Below are positions 10,293 to 20,764 of a stretch of DNA of 64,000 nucleotides, piece by piece. How positions within the stretch are numbered: the first letter of the stretch is position 1; every line of letters starts with the position of its first letter. The position numbers and the translations under genes are program-made. Below the pieces are notes generated by a model. The model was not told where the DNA came from. It saw only the letters and a list, made by a program, of their open reading frames with translations, and did not search any database. The DNA is from Escherichia phage phita32. The DNA lies in the sequence record PQ758395; one strand, 5' to 3'.

Positions 10293-12038
10293 ATGGCGCA
10301 AGACATGACAAGCTTTGAGCAGGCGGTAGATCAAGTAATTGTTGATTCTGAACGTTTGCACCTGATTGTCAACGGTAACGCTGTGGATGAAGTTGTCGTA
10401 GAGGATGGGACCACCATCCCTACGGTACGAAAAGCCATGCTTGACACCCTTTATTTTAAAACGCCGCCGATCCCTTGGGCGTATGGTGCATCCACAACAG
10501 TTTTTAACCAGCTATATGAGTTTAAAGGGGACACAGGCCCTCAGTGGTGGTACGCTCCCGCAGCATCAAAATCTAACCCGGTTAGAATGCCAGCAGATCC
10601 TTCACAATCTCCAAACTGGAGATTATATACCGACTCTGCAGTAATGGCAAAATACTACGCAAAACTTAACAGCCCAAGGTTCGAAGGTGACCCGCGAGTA
10701 CCTACACCTCCAATGGACGATAAGTCAGAGTCCATAGCAAACACAGAGTTTGTTGTTGACTATGTTGATAGCATATTTAAAGCCATGGAGGGGATGAAAG
10801 TTACTGTAGGGTCTTTGGTGGTAAAAGGTCTTACAGAACTCGCTAACACCATAGTTGGAGGCACCCTTACCTTACATGGGCCTGTTAATGGAGCAGATTC
10901 TACTGCACGCTTCAGGAACCTAATCCTCACGGCAAATACTTCTACACTTACTTTTGCGTGGAGCGATCCTAAGCATGCAGACTGGAGAAGCACAGAGCTG
11001 CAACCTCATGAAGTGTCCACCCACAGGATTATAGCTGACACTATAACTTCTGGGAAACCAGTGGCTAATAATAACGATGTACATTTTGATGGTCTGGGTA
11101 ATAACTTTTTTGACTACGTGTACATTCGTGGTAATGCCATGAAGGCAGCAACCGAACCGACATTGCAGGTCGATGGGACCACCAGGGTTAAGAACCTAGA
11201 GGTGACAGGTACCGTTACAGGGATAACCTACTCTGTAGATGGCACCATGATCTACCCTAGCTATATTGAAAGCACTGGTGACGCATTGATAAATGGCGAT
11301 TTGGAGGTTGGCGGATCTGTAGTTATTCGAGGTACAGCCTCTATCCAAAACATAGCTCTGAATACCCTAAGAGTCAATGAGCGTGCAACTTTTGAAGGGG
11401 AAGGGCTTACAGCTAATAAAGGTACAATTACCGAGCTGACAACCACCACTTTAACTGCAACAACTGCAAACTCTGAAAACTGCAACGTTACCCGCAACTT
11501 GCGGGTAAATGGGGATGTTAGTTTAAACGCAGCAGGTACGGGTACCACCTCTGTTCACAACCTTGAAATATCTGGCACGGTGACTGGGTGGCTGCCAGAC
11601 TTCTCTAATGTCAACTTTGTCTGCAACGGCATTAACTCTAGTGGTAAGATAACCACCTCTCAAGAAATTGAGGCTGGTAAAACTATTACTGCCCCTACTT
11701 TCCACGCAGGGAAGGTAGATTTTGATCTAGAGGAGGTTGACGCGTCCAGTGGGACATGGACACCTAACGGGCAGGCCAGCATGTATGTTGTCCACGCGAA
11801 AGGGGATTTTACAATAGGACAGTGGCCTGGGACATCAGCGGAAGATAAACCTTATCCATTCACTGCAGTTATCTATGTCATTCAGGATGCTATAGGTCAC
11901 AACGTGACTTTGCACGATAAGTATGCTATCCTGTCGGCAACACCTGTTATTAACAACAAGGCTAACAGTGTTACCTTGCTGCAATTAACATATTGTGGTG
12001 TTGGTGATATCGTAGACGTAGTAATCGCACAACGTTAA
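10293..12038 (+). CDS. Tail fibre / structural protein (581 aa)
   Basis: AAGGAGA RBS; Thr/Gly/Asn-rich repetitive beta-type sequence typical of fibres; terminator follows. Confidence 0.4.
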   Translation: MAQDMTSFEQAVDQVIVDSERLHLIVNGNAVDEVVVEDGTTIPTVRKAMLDTLYFKTPPIPWAYGASTTVFNQLYEFKGDTGPQWWYAPAASKSNPVRMPADPSQSPNWRLYTDSAVMAKYYAKLNSPRFEGDPRVPTPPMDDKSESIANTEFVVDYVDSIFKAMEGMKVTVGSLVVKGLTELANTIVGGTLTLHGPVNGADSTARFRNLILTANTSTLTFAWSDPKHADWRSTELQPHEVSTHRIIADTITSGKPVANNNDVHFDGLGNNFFDYVYIRGNAMKAATEPTLQVDGTTRVKNLEVTGTVTGITYSVDGTMIYPSYIESTGDALINGDLEVGGSVVIRGTASIQNIALNTLRVNERATFEGEGLTANKGTITELTTTTLTATTANSENCNVTRNLRVNGDVSLNAAGTGTTSVHNLEISGTVTGWLPDFSNVNFVCNGINSSGKITTSQEIEAGKTITAPTFHAGKVDFDLEEVDASSGTWTPNGQASMYVVHAKGDFTIGQWPGTSAEDKPYPFTAVIYVIQDAIGHNVTLHDKYAILSATPVINNKANSVTLLQLTYCGVGDIVDVVIAQR

Positions 12039-12047
12039 TATATCTAA

Positions 12048-12073
12048 CCGCTCCTGACGGGGCGGTTTTCTTA
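12048..12073 (+). terminator. Intrinsic terminator
   Basis: CCGCTCC-TGAC-GGGGCGG hairpin followed by TTTTCTT. Confidence 0.5.
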
Positions 12074-12086
12074 TCTGGAGAACACA

Positions 12087-15000
12087 ATGCTTCCAATCCC
12101 TTTGCTAAAACTTGGTCGTCATTTCCTCGATAAGAGGGGTGGAATTAAGGAACTTGCTGTTCTGTCATACCCAATAGACAACAGTGATGGTACAAGCAAC
12201 ACAGTATCCTATGTAAATAGCTTAGCTATACTTTTTGATGATGGTCAGCTTAATATTACTGGCTATAATAAGTTCGGAGAGTGCCGCACCGGGGATCGTA
12301 GCCCTATAAACTACCCGAGCGAAACAGCCTGGAATGTTGATCATGTGTGGAGAGCAGACCGTGCGTTTGTGATCCGGACTTTTGATAATCAGTTTTTCTA
12401 CATCGGTTGCACTGCAGGTCTTATCGGATCCACTGCGGCAGGCGGTAATGATGTTTGCGTAAACGAGTGGACACCTCTTCCAGAACAGATTGTTAAAGGA
12501 TTGCACCTTGACACTCATCCAGAGCGCCTTATTGAGGTGATGGGCGGTATTAACAACACTATCTGGGTTATTGCAGAGGCAGAAGGCACTGGCATACTTA
12601 ACCTATATGGATCTGGTAACAACACCTACGGATCTTTGCATGTAGATAAAAATCAGCATGCAACCCCTGTAAAGATTGGTGAGACATCGGAAAATCCTGA
12701 AACAGGACCTTGGAAAAACCCAAGCATCAACTGCGAGGTGCATGACAACTCTGTTATTTTCGGTGGTCCTAGAGGTTTCTGGATTGCTGGATACGACTTT
12801 CTGAGAAATAACAGTAGAAACGACCTTGTTTGGCCTCCTGTGCAGATTACTCGTAACGATTTGAGGGGAATTCCTGCAGATGAGGAGTGGAAAGGGTTTA
12901 TGTGTGGTCCTAACGGGGCAATAATTGCCACACAGAGGATGCATAGACCCGATGACCAGCAGCTTGTTAACGTATTCTACGGGCAAGACGTCTGGGGAGA
13001 TGACACATGGCGTTCCTTAAATATCACCTACACCCATGAGGTGATAATGGCTCGTGGATACGGCACAAGTGGCATTTTCTTCAATAATGGCACTAAACAG
13101 TATCGTGGATTCTCTCGCAACTTGTGTAATGATATTGGTGCACAATCTGCAAACAATAACCCTAGGGCTAATTTTATCCACTATCAGGCTCTTGCTACAG
13201 CTAAATATGTTGAGCAACGCCTGCCAGTTAGCTGGACAGAGAGTGTTTATTTCCAAGGCATCCACAGGGAAGGTTTCTTAGGAACCTTTACTGTTGTTAA
13301 TGGCAAACTTTGGTGGTCAGGCATCCCAAGGGGAAGTTTTGCAGGCTCTAACAACCTGTTTGGCGGCAGACTTAATAGTCAGGGGTTCACAGAGGTTCCT
13401 GAGAATTGGTATAAAAATGTCCCGGTAGACAGTTGGGGTGTTGATGATATTTTCGACGTTAACGGTGTTAGCAGCGTTAGCAATATTTACATTGGTGACA
13501 CGGTCAAGATGAAATTGAAGCCTCAGCCAGAGGGGGCTACGTTCATTATTGACAAGATTGAACTGGTAAATGCTGCAGGCACGGTTGTTACAGATGCAAA
13601 TTACCAATTCTCCACCAACTGGAACCACGGTGGGGCCAACGAAGTTGTTGTTACTCAGTATAACAGGAATGTTAACAGACGTGGCCTGTACTCTGTAAAA
13701 ATAACCTATCATGACAAGCATGGCACAGGAAGAACTCACACGACAAGGACTTTGAACTGGAACACCATAGTTCCTGCGTATCCTTCTGACGGTAAGTGGC
13801 ATACCGTTGGTAGAAACAAGCAGTTCCATGTTAACGATACTGTGTACTTCGGGCTGAATGGGACTCAGCCTGCGGTAGAAGGGGATACATCGTATATGGT
13901 CCGACTCCACAGAATGGATGCTGGATCAGTCACCTATGATGTTACCCAAGAGATTTATGATCAGAGACGAAATACCTACAACAACTTGGTGCAGACACAG
14001 GCCGTATGGGAGTTCAACCCTAACGGCAGAGGTGGTAAAATGTTGCAGGTTAACGAGCAAAACGGAACGTCGTTGACTGTCCACGAACACCCAGACCCTT
14101 GGCCTGATCCTGGAAAACCTCACCCTGGTGCTCGTACACTGAAAATTGTCAGCCATGATGTAGGATATTTCGGAATACGCTGGGAAGCTACAGTAAGATA
14201 TGCCGACGGGACAACAAACAACATAGGGATTACTCTTGGTGGCACTAGTGAGGATAACTCACTGAAAATTGCCTGCACTCCTAGAGGCATCTCTATTGAC
14301 AATATGGATGTTGTTCGCAACGGTTACGGCGATGTGAATGTCAAAGTTACTCTTGGCGAACATCTTGGTGGGGAAAGGATAATCATGTATGCCTTTGATC
14401 ATGATCCACGCACCAATGGAACTTATGCAAATCAGGCATGGAGTTACCTGATAAATGCACCTGAGCAGAATACTAAAGAGTTCTACTATGGTATGAAGCG
14501 GGATGTGTGCAAGAAAACAGGAACACATGACCGGATTGCTATCTGCGTTAAAGATGAGCGCACAGCTTGGGATGAACCTGTTAACAGATGGTTCATAGGT
14601 ATTCCTACCAGAAGTGATAAGTATGTCGCAGAATATATTGTATGCATGGGCGGTACCAACCTGAACATGTGTTGGAACGAGGATGCAAACAAATACTCTG
14701 ATTATGACTATATGAGGGATTACTCTTGTAATCAGTGGTTTAACCAATCAACAGGATACCCTCCACGTCAGGCGAGAGTAAACCCTGCAATCTTCACAGA
14801 TACGCAGGTTTTCTTGACAAAACAGGCCAACGAGGTTCAGACCTTCAAGAATAAATACGATCCTAACAAGTGGTTCTACAACTGTTACGGCGCATTTTTC
14901 TGGGGACCTGGTGAGTTACCTGGTGGAGGATCTTGCTTGAATGAGGCAACTTACGCCAGTGACTACATCATGGGGCAGGTCAAGAAGTATAAGATAATCC

Positions 15001-16403
15001 CAGGTCCTGAGACTCTGGGCAATGCCGTTGACCCTTATATCATCATGACTGCACTGAGATCAAACATGGACGGGACATCCATGTCTATGCAAATTCCGGT
15101 AACAAACGGGTACAAACGTGTTGTGATGATCATTAAGTGCGACTTAATAGGTAAACAAGTTCTTGCAGAAAACGGGACATCCACGCATCCTTTTGAGATT
15201 GCTCTGCACTATCAGTTTGCTGACTCGCCTTTTGCAGGTGATAAGAGAATATCTGATACAGATGCACAGCGTTGTAAGAAAGTATTGTTGGGTGCAGGTT
15301 GGTGGTGGTATGAGTTTGATTTAACAGACAAATTCACCGACACATCTAAAGTTATAACAGGACTTCGTCTAGACCTTGGCGAGAACATGCACAAAGCTGT
15401 TTGTGATGGCACCTATGGTGACCCTACAATATACCTAAAATATATTTCTTTTGAGCATCCGGAAGATGTTGTCTACGGTCCAAAACTGAGATTGTTTGGC
15501 AGTTGGATTGCAAAAGATAGGGTAGGCATGGGTAAGAAGGTGAGAGGGTTCTTGGTTGATGCAGGAACAGAAGACATGCTGGTTAATGCAGTATGGCCTG
15601 AATTACCTGGGACTCAGTGGAACAACTCAGCCAAATCTATAAACTGGTTTAACATTCATAGGGCCATGTGGACCACTAACTGCTACTTGTGGAGAGAGCT
15701 TAACGATCAGGCCTTTGGCTTCAGTGATGGCAGGAGGATGGCGATCATTTGCTGGACAACGCTGCAAAGATGCTATGACCATGACTACGAGATTGGTGGT
15801 AGGGCATGGAAAAATATCAGGGACAGAATCATAACCAATTTTGCAGACGATAACGGTGGTGGAGCACATAACTTTGGCACAAGCCGACTTATCCATTTGA
15901 ATGGATCCTCAGCCTACAAGAAAGAAGGTTACTCCGGGTCCATGATCGAGTGGGGTCTGGTGAAAGATGCTCGCGTATTGATGGGCCAGCAACTTGCTGC
16001 CGCAATAGGCCCCAGCGCAGTGCAGTCGGTTAAACCAGCGTGGTTCGATATTCCATTGTGGTCACCCGGAACACCGGGAACTGCTGCAATCAACCCCACC
16101 ACTGGGGATCTAGAAATCTCCTGGGAGGACTTGAAGCAGGTCGGTGGTTGGGACAAAACAGGGTATCAGGTTCAGTGGTGGAGGGCTGATGGATCTTTAG
16201 CCGCTGATGAGTTTGTTAAGGACAATTTCTACACTATGTCCTCTGCAAAAGCACAGCAATTATTTGGTCAGGCCACTCCGTCAACGATCACCATGTCTAT
16301 GTGCTGTAAAGACAACAGGACTGGAGCTTTGGGGCCAAGGGTTGCTAAGGTTTTCTCAGGTATTAAATGGAATCTCCCTGTCCAAAGTATTTCATGGAAG
16401 TAA
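12087..16403 (+). CDS. Large tail fibre / host-interaction protein (1438 aa)
   Basis: Long ORF with GGAG RBS in the fibre cluster; ends with a single TAA that is in frame with the downstream ORF. Confidence 0.45.
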   Translation: MLPIPLLKLGRHFLDKRGGIKELAVLSYPIDNSDGTSNTVSYVNSLAILFDDGQLNITGYNKFGECRTGDRSPINYPSETAWNVDHVWRADRAFVIRTFDNQFFYIGCTAGLIGSTAAGGNDVCVNEWTPLPEQIVKGLHLDTHPERLIEVMGGINNTIWVIAEAEGTGILNLYGSGNNTYGSLHVDKNQHATPVKIGETSENPETGPWKNPSINCEVHDNSVIFGGPRGFWIAGYDFLRNNSRNDLVWPPVQITRNDLRGIPADEEWKGFMCGPNGAIIATQRMHRPDDQQLVNVFYGQDVWGDDTWRSLNITYTHEVIMARGYGTSGIFFNNGTKQYRGFSRNLCNDIGAQSANNNPRANFIHYQALATAKYVEQRLPVSWTESVYFQGIHREGFLGTFTVVNGKLWWSGIPRGSFAGSNNLFGGRLNSQGFTEVPENWYKNVPVDSWGVDDIFDVNGVSSVSNIYIGDTVKMKLKPQPEGATFIIDKIELVNAAGTVVTDANYQFSTNWNHGGANEVVVTQYNRNVNRRGLYSVKITYHDKHGTGRTHTTRTLNWNTIVPAYPSDGKWHTVGRNKQFHVNDTVYFGLNGTQPAVEGDTSYMVRLHRMDAGSVTYDVTQEIYDQRRNTYNNLVQTQAVWEFNPNGRGGKMLQVNEQNGTSLTVHEHPDPWPDPGKPHPGARTLKIVSHDVGYFGIRWEATVRYADGTTNNIGITLGGTSEDNSLKIACTPRGISIDNMDVVRNGYGDVNVKVTLGEHLGGERIIMYAFDHDPRTNGTYANQAWSYLINAPEQNTKEFYYGMKRDVCKKTGTHDRIAICVKDERTAWDEPVNRWFIGIPTRSDKYVAEYIVCMGGTNLNMCWNEDANKYSDYDYMRDYSCNQWFNQSTGYPPRQARVNPAIFTDTQVFLTKQANEVQTFKNKYDPNKWFYNCYGAFFWGPGELPGGGSCLNEATYASDYIMGQVKKYKIIPGPETLGNAVDPYIIMTALRSNMDGTSMSMQIPVTNGYKRVVMIIKCDLIGKQVLAENGTSTHPFEIALHYQFADSPFAGDKRISDTDAQRCKKVLLGAGWWWYEFDLTDKFTDTSKVITGLRLDLGENMHKAVCDGTYGDPTIYLKYISFEHPEDVVYGPKLRLFGSWIAKDRVGMGKKVRGFLVDAGTEDMLVNAVWPELPGTQWNNSAKSINWFNIHRAMWTTNCYLWRELNDQAFGFSDGRRMAIICWTTLQRCYDHDYEIGGRAWKNIRDRIITNFADDNGGGAHNFGTSRLIHLNGSSAYKKEGYSGSMIEWGLVKDARVLMGQQLAAAIGPSAVQSVKPAWFDIPLWSPGTPGTAAINPTTGDLEISWEDLKQVGGWDKTGYQVQWWRADGSLAADEFVKDNFYTMSSAKAQQLFGQATPSTITMSMCCKDNRTGALGPRVAKVFSGIKWNLPVQSISWK

Positions 16404-16508
16404 ATAGGTGATAACAAGCTGCTGGTTACCCCTGCCTGTCAGTTCAACGCAACTCTTAACGTTGATCCTGCTGTTGCGGCAAACTCAGCTAAAGCTTCTG
16501 ACTTCTCT

Positions 16509-17723
16509 GTGTCTAACACTGCTATGGCAGATGTGAGGAAGATTGACACACTGAACGCCAGAATTACCTGTAAAAACACTTATGGCACATTCCAGATCAT
16601 CAACAACTTCACAGATGCTGATTCTAAGGTAGTGAGGACAGCAAGCCAGACTCTAAGTTTAGGAACTCTGGCCTATGCGGCTCTGATCACTGAACAGTCG
16701 GCAACACTCCAAGGAGGCGGTGTAGGCAAGTCCATTACAACACCTGTGTGGAAGCCAAATGAGTGGGTTGTGTTTGATTTGACTGTGGACTTCTCCAGCG
16801 ATAATAACTGGACATGGGTAAGGAATTGCTTGTCACAACTGATGGGTGGTCCAAGCTCCGTTAGTGATAGCCACGACTCCACTGACCCGAGTGTGTTCCA
16901 GGTAGGTAAAACTCACCCAGAGACTGGAGAAACGTTGCCTGACAGGAAGTATGCTTTGGTTTGCATCTCTTACGGGAAGGCAGATGTCACCTTCTCAGGG
17001 ACACACACTTATAACGGAACCTACGACTTCTCAAGGAAGTATAGTCTCAAAGCAGGGAACATTATAGACGAGGTTGGTGTGTTGTATAATCCAGGTAACG
17101 GCATAGGGATTGTGGGTGGTAAACTGCAGATGCAGGAACCTTCTATTACCCCTTCCAATGTATCCGGGATTAGAAAGACTTGGGAAAGTAGTAATACCAA
17201 CATTGCAACAGTGGATGCTACCACAGGGCTGGTAACATTTAAAGCTACTGGGAATGTCACCATAAAGTTTGTAGTTACGGATGATGCAGGCCGCAAAACG
17301 TCTTCAACATCTTTCACTGTCAAACAGATGGCACCTCAGTGGAGAATGTGGGTAGGCAGGGCAACAGACGGGGCATATCCAAACCCGGCAGGGACTTCAG
17401 GTATGAAGACTTTCTCTGCAAGCAGACCAATGGAGTATGGCAGCGGTCCTAAAGTTGGGCAGATGGTATACTTTGGTGCGTATATCCCTGAAATTATAGG
17501 GCTTCCTAGAAATCAGATTCAATTACTGTTTGGATCTGGCGTTGACGAGCTTGCTACTTTCGGGTATAGCGACAACATAGATGCTGCAAGAAGTTCCGGA
17601 TGGGTGGGGTTCAGACTACAGCTGGCGGTAGAAGGTAGGGTCATGGGGTTCGGATCCATAGGTGCCATGCTTCCTGGTGATCAGCAGTATGATCTTGAAG
17701 CCTACGCAACTTTCTCTCGTTAA
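16509..17723 (+). CDS. Ig-like (Big_2-type) domain protein (404 aa); possibly a C-terminal extension of the upstream gene
   Basis: Segment IRKTWESSNTNIATVDATTGLVTFKATGNVTIKFVVTDDAGRKTSSTSFTV resembles bacterial Ig-like domains. Same frame as 12087..16403, with an open frame from 16404; no convincing RBS before the GTG at 16509 or the ATG at 16524. Confidence 0.4.
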   Translation: MSNTAMADVRKIDTLNARITCKNTYGTFQIINNFTDADSKVVRTASQTLSLGTLAYAALITEQSATLQGGGVGKSITTPVWKPNEWVVFDLTVDFSSDNNWTWVRNCLSQLMGGPSSVSDSHDSTDPSVFQVGKTHPETGETLPDRKYALVCISYGKADVTFSGTHTYNGTYDFSRKYSLKAGNIIDEVGVLYNPGNGIGIVGGKLQMQEPSITPSNVSGIRKTWESSNTNIATVDATTGLVTFKATGNVTIKFVVTDDAGRKTSSTSFTVKQMAPQWRMWVGRATDGAYPNPAGTSGMKTFSASRPMEYGSGPKVGQMVYFGAYIPEIIGLPRNQIQLLFGSGVDELATFGYSDNIDAARSSGWVGFRLQLAVEGRVMGFGSIGAMLPGDQQYDLEAYATFSR

Positions 17724-17737
17724 CGGAGGGGGTAAAT

Positions 17738-17768
17738 AAAAAAGGGGGCCAAATGGCCCCTTTTTATA
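17738..17768. terminator. Bidirectional intrinsic terminator between convergent operons
   Basis: AAAAAGGGGGCC-AAAT-GGCCCCTTTTT: GC hairpin flanked by A-run and T-run, between the + gene ending 17723 and the - gene ending 17770. Confidence 0.65.
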
Positions 17769-17769
17769 A

Positions 17770-17970
17770 TCAGTAATATTCCCAACACGACCCGTCTTCA
17801 GACGGCTGGACACGCTTACCTTTGTGGTCAACGTAGATATAACCGCAACCTTCGCAGATAACAGGTGCCGCGTAACCTTCCTTCCACTGTTTCTCCGTGA
17901 TCAGTCCTTTCAAATCTCCGCAGTCACGACCAAACAACTCTTCAGAACAGTCTTTACAAAAATCAGCCAT
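17770..17970 (-). CDS. Small zinc-ribbon-like protein (66 aa)
   Basis: Four CxxC-type Cys pairs (CKDC..C..C..CEGC..C). Confidence 0.35.
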   Translation of the reverse strand: MADFCKDCSEELFGRDCGDLKGLITEKQWKEGYAAPVICEGCGYIYVDHKGKRVQPSEDGSCWEYY

Positions 17971-17973
17971 TTC

Positions 17974-18381
17974 TCAGTTCTCGCATTTAACAAATTTCTC
18001 TACAGATCCGCCAAGCACAGCTTGTTGCTTGATGGCACTTTCTTCATCATAGTGGATAGATTTATGTTCCGTACCTCCAAACTTGCCTGTGTGGAAGGTG
18101 TGCACCCAAATCTCTTTAGGAAGGGATTTATTCTCTTCTTCCACCAATTCCCACATGCCCCACAAGTGATCTGTGATATCTCTGATGAAATATCCCTCAC
18201 CGAGGTTTGTATTAACACTATAAGCTGATTCGTGATTTCCGCAAATATAACGGAAGGCAGTGTACTCTTTCCCCGGTGTGAAGTGAGTGTCCATTAGTAT
18301 AGCTGTTAAAGAATAAGGGTCTCGAAAGCCTAAGAACTTTAGTTTAACAATTTCGACATTTACATCTGCAAGATTGTCCAT
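17974..18381 (-). CDS. Hypothetical protein (135 aa) with GNHE motif
   Basis: ORF with GGAG RBS; the ICGNHE motif hints at a metallophosphatase remnant, but the N-terminal motifs are absent. Confidence 0.3.
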   Translation of the reverse strand: MDNLADVNVEIVKLKFLGFRDPYSLTAILMDTHFTPGKEYTAFRYICGNHESAYSVNTNLGEGYFIRDITDHLWGMWELVEEENKSLPKEIWVHTFHTGKFGGTEHKSIHYDEESAIKQQAVLGGSVEKFVKCEN

Positions 18382-18544
18382 GACGATCTCCTCTGTTTGG
18401 TTGGTGAGATAATCCTATACAAATCTGTTGTTGGTGTCAAGCTTAATTTTAAGAGATCTGAGAGGGTATTTTATTCAGGAAGTCAATCGCACAGGGTGGG
18501 GCAATTTATGAAGGCACAGGCCTCGTTTGAGGCCTTAAATTCTA

Positions 18545-18925
18545 TTATGGCACTTTGACATAGCGCTCTGACAAAGCTGGGAAGCCAAAAGTAGTGCCTA
18601 TACTACCATAGGCTATCCACCATTGAAGTTCATCGTGACACCATTTTCCGATCAGGAAGGTGCTGGGATAGCGGGTCAGTATTTTGGCATAAGCTTTAGG
18701 ATCTGCATCTTCTGGGATAATGATGCTTGGAACATCTTTGTTATGACCACAGCAGCAGTTTAGAGTTTTCAATCCTGCTGCCCACAAACTCATGATAGGC
18801 TTAGCCATGCACTTATCAAGGCACACACGTTTTTTGCCGTCACGAAGATTTTTAGGCACATCAACGACAACATTTGGGCGCTTGGCACCTTTAACTTTCC
18901 AATTATAAGATTTACACTTGCACAT
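18545..18925 (-). CDS. Hypothetical Cys-rich protein (126 aa)
   Basis: ORF, co-oriented; CCCGH and CxxxC clusters. Confidence 0.3.
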   Translation of the reverse strand: MCKCKSYNWKVKGAKRPNVVVDVPKNLRDGKKRVCLDKCMAKPIMSLWAAGLKTLNCCCGHNKDVPSIIIPEDADPKAYAKILTRYPSTFLIGKWCHDELQWWIAYGSIGTTFGFPALSERYVKVP

Positions 18926-18975
18926 TTAATCAGTCTCCGTCTAGAAAGCCGCACTATACGTTTTTGAGGTATATT

Positions 18976-19146
18976 TTACTTAAAGTCTTTATCACCTGCC
19001 ACGATTGCATGAATCCACTCATTGTGATGCTCAATAGCGGTGAGATGTAACATGATGTAGTGATCGTCATTGCCAAACATGATATGATAGGCTTTGGCAG
19101 CATTTTGATATAACTTCCACATCAGGTAATGATATCTTCGCCTCAT
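18976..19146 (-). CDS. Hypothetical small protein (56 aa)
   Basis: ORF below the track cut-off, with GGAG RBS, immediately downstream of the HAD gene. Confidence 0.2.
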   Translation of the reverse strand: MRRRYHYLMWKLYQNAAKAYHIMFGNDDHYIMLHLTAIEHHNEWIHAIVAGDKDFK

Positions 19147-19151
19147 GGCTC

Positions 19152-19622
19152 TTACTCCGGTTCAGGATCTGGGTAATCTTCAATAATAAAGGGCCATCCG
19201 TTCCGCTTAGCCGCAGACTTATACTCGATCTCCTTCATTGCAAACTCTAACTGGTTCTTAGCCGGAATACATGCCGGAGAATCATCAATCCAGATATCTG
19301 GGTAGATATCAAACTGCGCCAAGTAGGCTGCCTTCTGCACACCGCCTGTGTAGAACACACCAACATCGAGCTCCTTGCGCCAATACTCAATGTCTACATT
19401 GTCTTGAGTAATGAATCTGAAAGTCACAAGGTAGACTGTCCACCCCTCCTTCTTCAGATCCCTGATCAGGCGGGAGAAGATGAAAGGGCTCGCATTAAAC
19501 GTTCCATCAAAGTCGATGGCAATGATGTGCGTGCCGTGGCGAGTCTCATATGGATTGCTAGTGGTAAGATTGCTGTAATTAAAAGGGACTTCTTCCCCGC
19601 AGTAGCTGTAGTCCATATTCAC
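19152..19622 (-). CDS. HAD-superfamily phosphatase (putative 5'-nucleotidase-like)
   Basis: IIAIDFDGT (HAD motif I, DxDGT) and a distal WIDD acidic motif. Confidence 0.5.
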   Translation of the reverse strand: MNMDYSYCGEEVPFNYSNLTTSNPYETRHGTHIIAIDFDGTFNASPFIFSRLIRDLKKEGWTVYLVTFRFITQDNVDIEYWRKELDVGVFYTGGVQKAAYLAQFDIYPDIWIDDSPACIPAKNQLEFAMKEIEYKSAAKRNGWPFIIEDYPDPEPE

Positions 19623-19894
19623 ACCTTCTCGTTGATAAATTTACGGGCGGTTTGGTGAGTTGTTTCTGCTGTCTTCAGAATGATATTAATTTTATCGTCA
19701 AGATCATTCATCTCGGCAGTTAATTCAGGAATCTCTCCGGCATGCATGGTGAAATCATACATAGACATGCCCAGGATCTCATTGATTCGGTGGTTGCATT
19801 CTGCAGCACGCTGGTTCATTTTCCAAGCTAACACCAGAGCCTCTTGCGTAGCCTCCAGTGCAAAATCTAATACGTCAGCTTCTTCTTTCGTCAT
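19619..19894 (-). CDS. Hypothetical protein (91 aa)
   Basis: ORF, co-oriented, 4-nt overlap with the neighbour. Confidence 0.35.
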   Translation of the reverse strand: MTKEEADVLDFALEATQEALVLAWKMNQRAAECNHRINEILGMSMYDFTMHAGEIPELTAEMNDLDDKINIILKTAETTHQTARKFINEKV

Positions 19895-19949
19895 CTCAGT
19901 CTCTCTTGTTGTATTGTTGGTAGGTGCATGAACACCTTATATCTCACTT

Positions 19950-20516
19950 TTATTCAAACTGCAATAGCAAGTCCACCACCGCACTAGGCCTGTCAACAAA
20001 TTCCCCAGGCCCACATGCCCATAGAGGGTATCCATCAACATACCGCCATATCCAACCTGCAGTGTGAAGCTCAAGCAGGGCAGTGCCGTCCTTACTGTCA
20101 ACCACCCTTTCCCACAGTGTTGGGCAGCGAAGCTTGAGAATCGGGTCCCCGCCCTTATACCCGTCCATGTAGATACCCATTGCAAAGTTCAGCATCATCT
20201 TTTTGTGCACTGATCTCTTACTGAGAGTGCTCATCACTTCCTCTTTGTGAATGTTTGTAAGCTTCTCTTTGGCTACCCGCAGATCGTTGCAACCATTGTT
20301 CAGCAGATCTTCCAGGCACTTGATCCGAAGGTCGTGAATGTCTTTGTCGTGTACCGTTGGCACAGGGTCGTAGCGGTATAGCACTGTTGATACAAGGTTG
20401 CTCGGGTGTGGGTCTGACAGCAACCCATAACCCCAATACTCTTCTGTATCTGAAAGGACAAGGCACCCAATGTCTCTGTCAAGCTTTCCTGTGTTGTAAG
20501 CCACATTGACCGCCAT
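19950..20516 (-). CDS. Hypothetical protein (188 aa)
   Basis: ORF in the minus-strand operon. Confidence 0.35.
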   Translation of the reverse strand: MAVNVAYNTGKLDRDIGCLVLSDTEEYWGYGLLSDPHPSNLVSTVLYRYDPVPTVHDKDIHDLRIKCLEDLLNNGCNDLRVAKEKLTNIHKEEVMSTLSKRSVHKKMMLNFAMGIYMDGYKGGDPILKLRCPTLWERVVDSKDGTALLELHTAGWIWRYVDGYPLWACGPGEFVDRPSAVVDLLLQFE

Positions 20517-20518
20517 GA

Positions 20519-20764
20519 CTATAGCTCCACTAGTAAAGTGCTTTCAAAGTGCCGTTCATGCAGACCATTGTAAGGGACAACTTCCACAACGCCATCACGG
20601 ACATATGGAGCCATCATAGTGGTATAATCTCCAAACGGGTTGGTATTGTCACTAACCACAACCACCTTCTGCCCTTCCTTGGCAGAGTGCCAAATAGATC
20701 TGCACTTCATCAGGTGTTCGAGAGCTCCAGGTAAAATTTTGTTACGTTCTTTACGGGTCTTCAT
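20519..20764 (-). CDS. Hypothetical protein (81 aa)
   Basis: ORF, co-oriented. Confidence 0.3.
   Translation of the reverse strand: MKTRKERNKILPGALEHLMKCRSIWHSAKEGQKVVVVSDNTNPFGDYTTMMAPYVRDGVVEVVPYNGLHERHFESTLLVEL

Noticed and set aside
36-17323. Numerous 60-200 aa ORFs on the minus strand inside the tail and fibre genes (for example 36..389, 13317..13910, 14259..14747)
   Set aside because: All are fully embedded antisense within long, well-supported + strand genes and lack ribosome-binding sites; treated as shadow ORFs.
17974-18381. Calling the 135-aa minus-strand ORF a metallophosphatase
   Set aside because: Only a GNHE-like motif is present; the N-terminal metal-binding motifs (DxH, GDxxD) are missing, so it is left as hypothetical.
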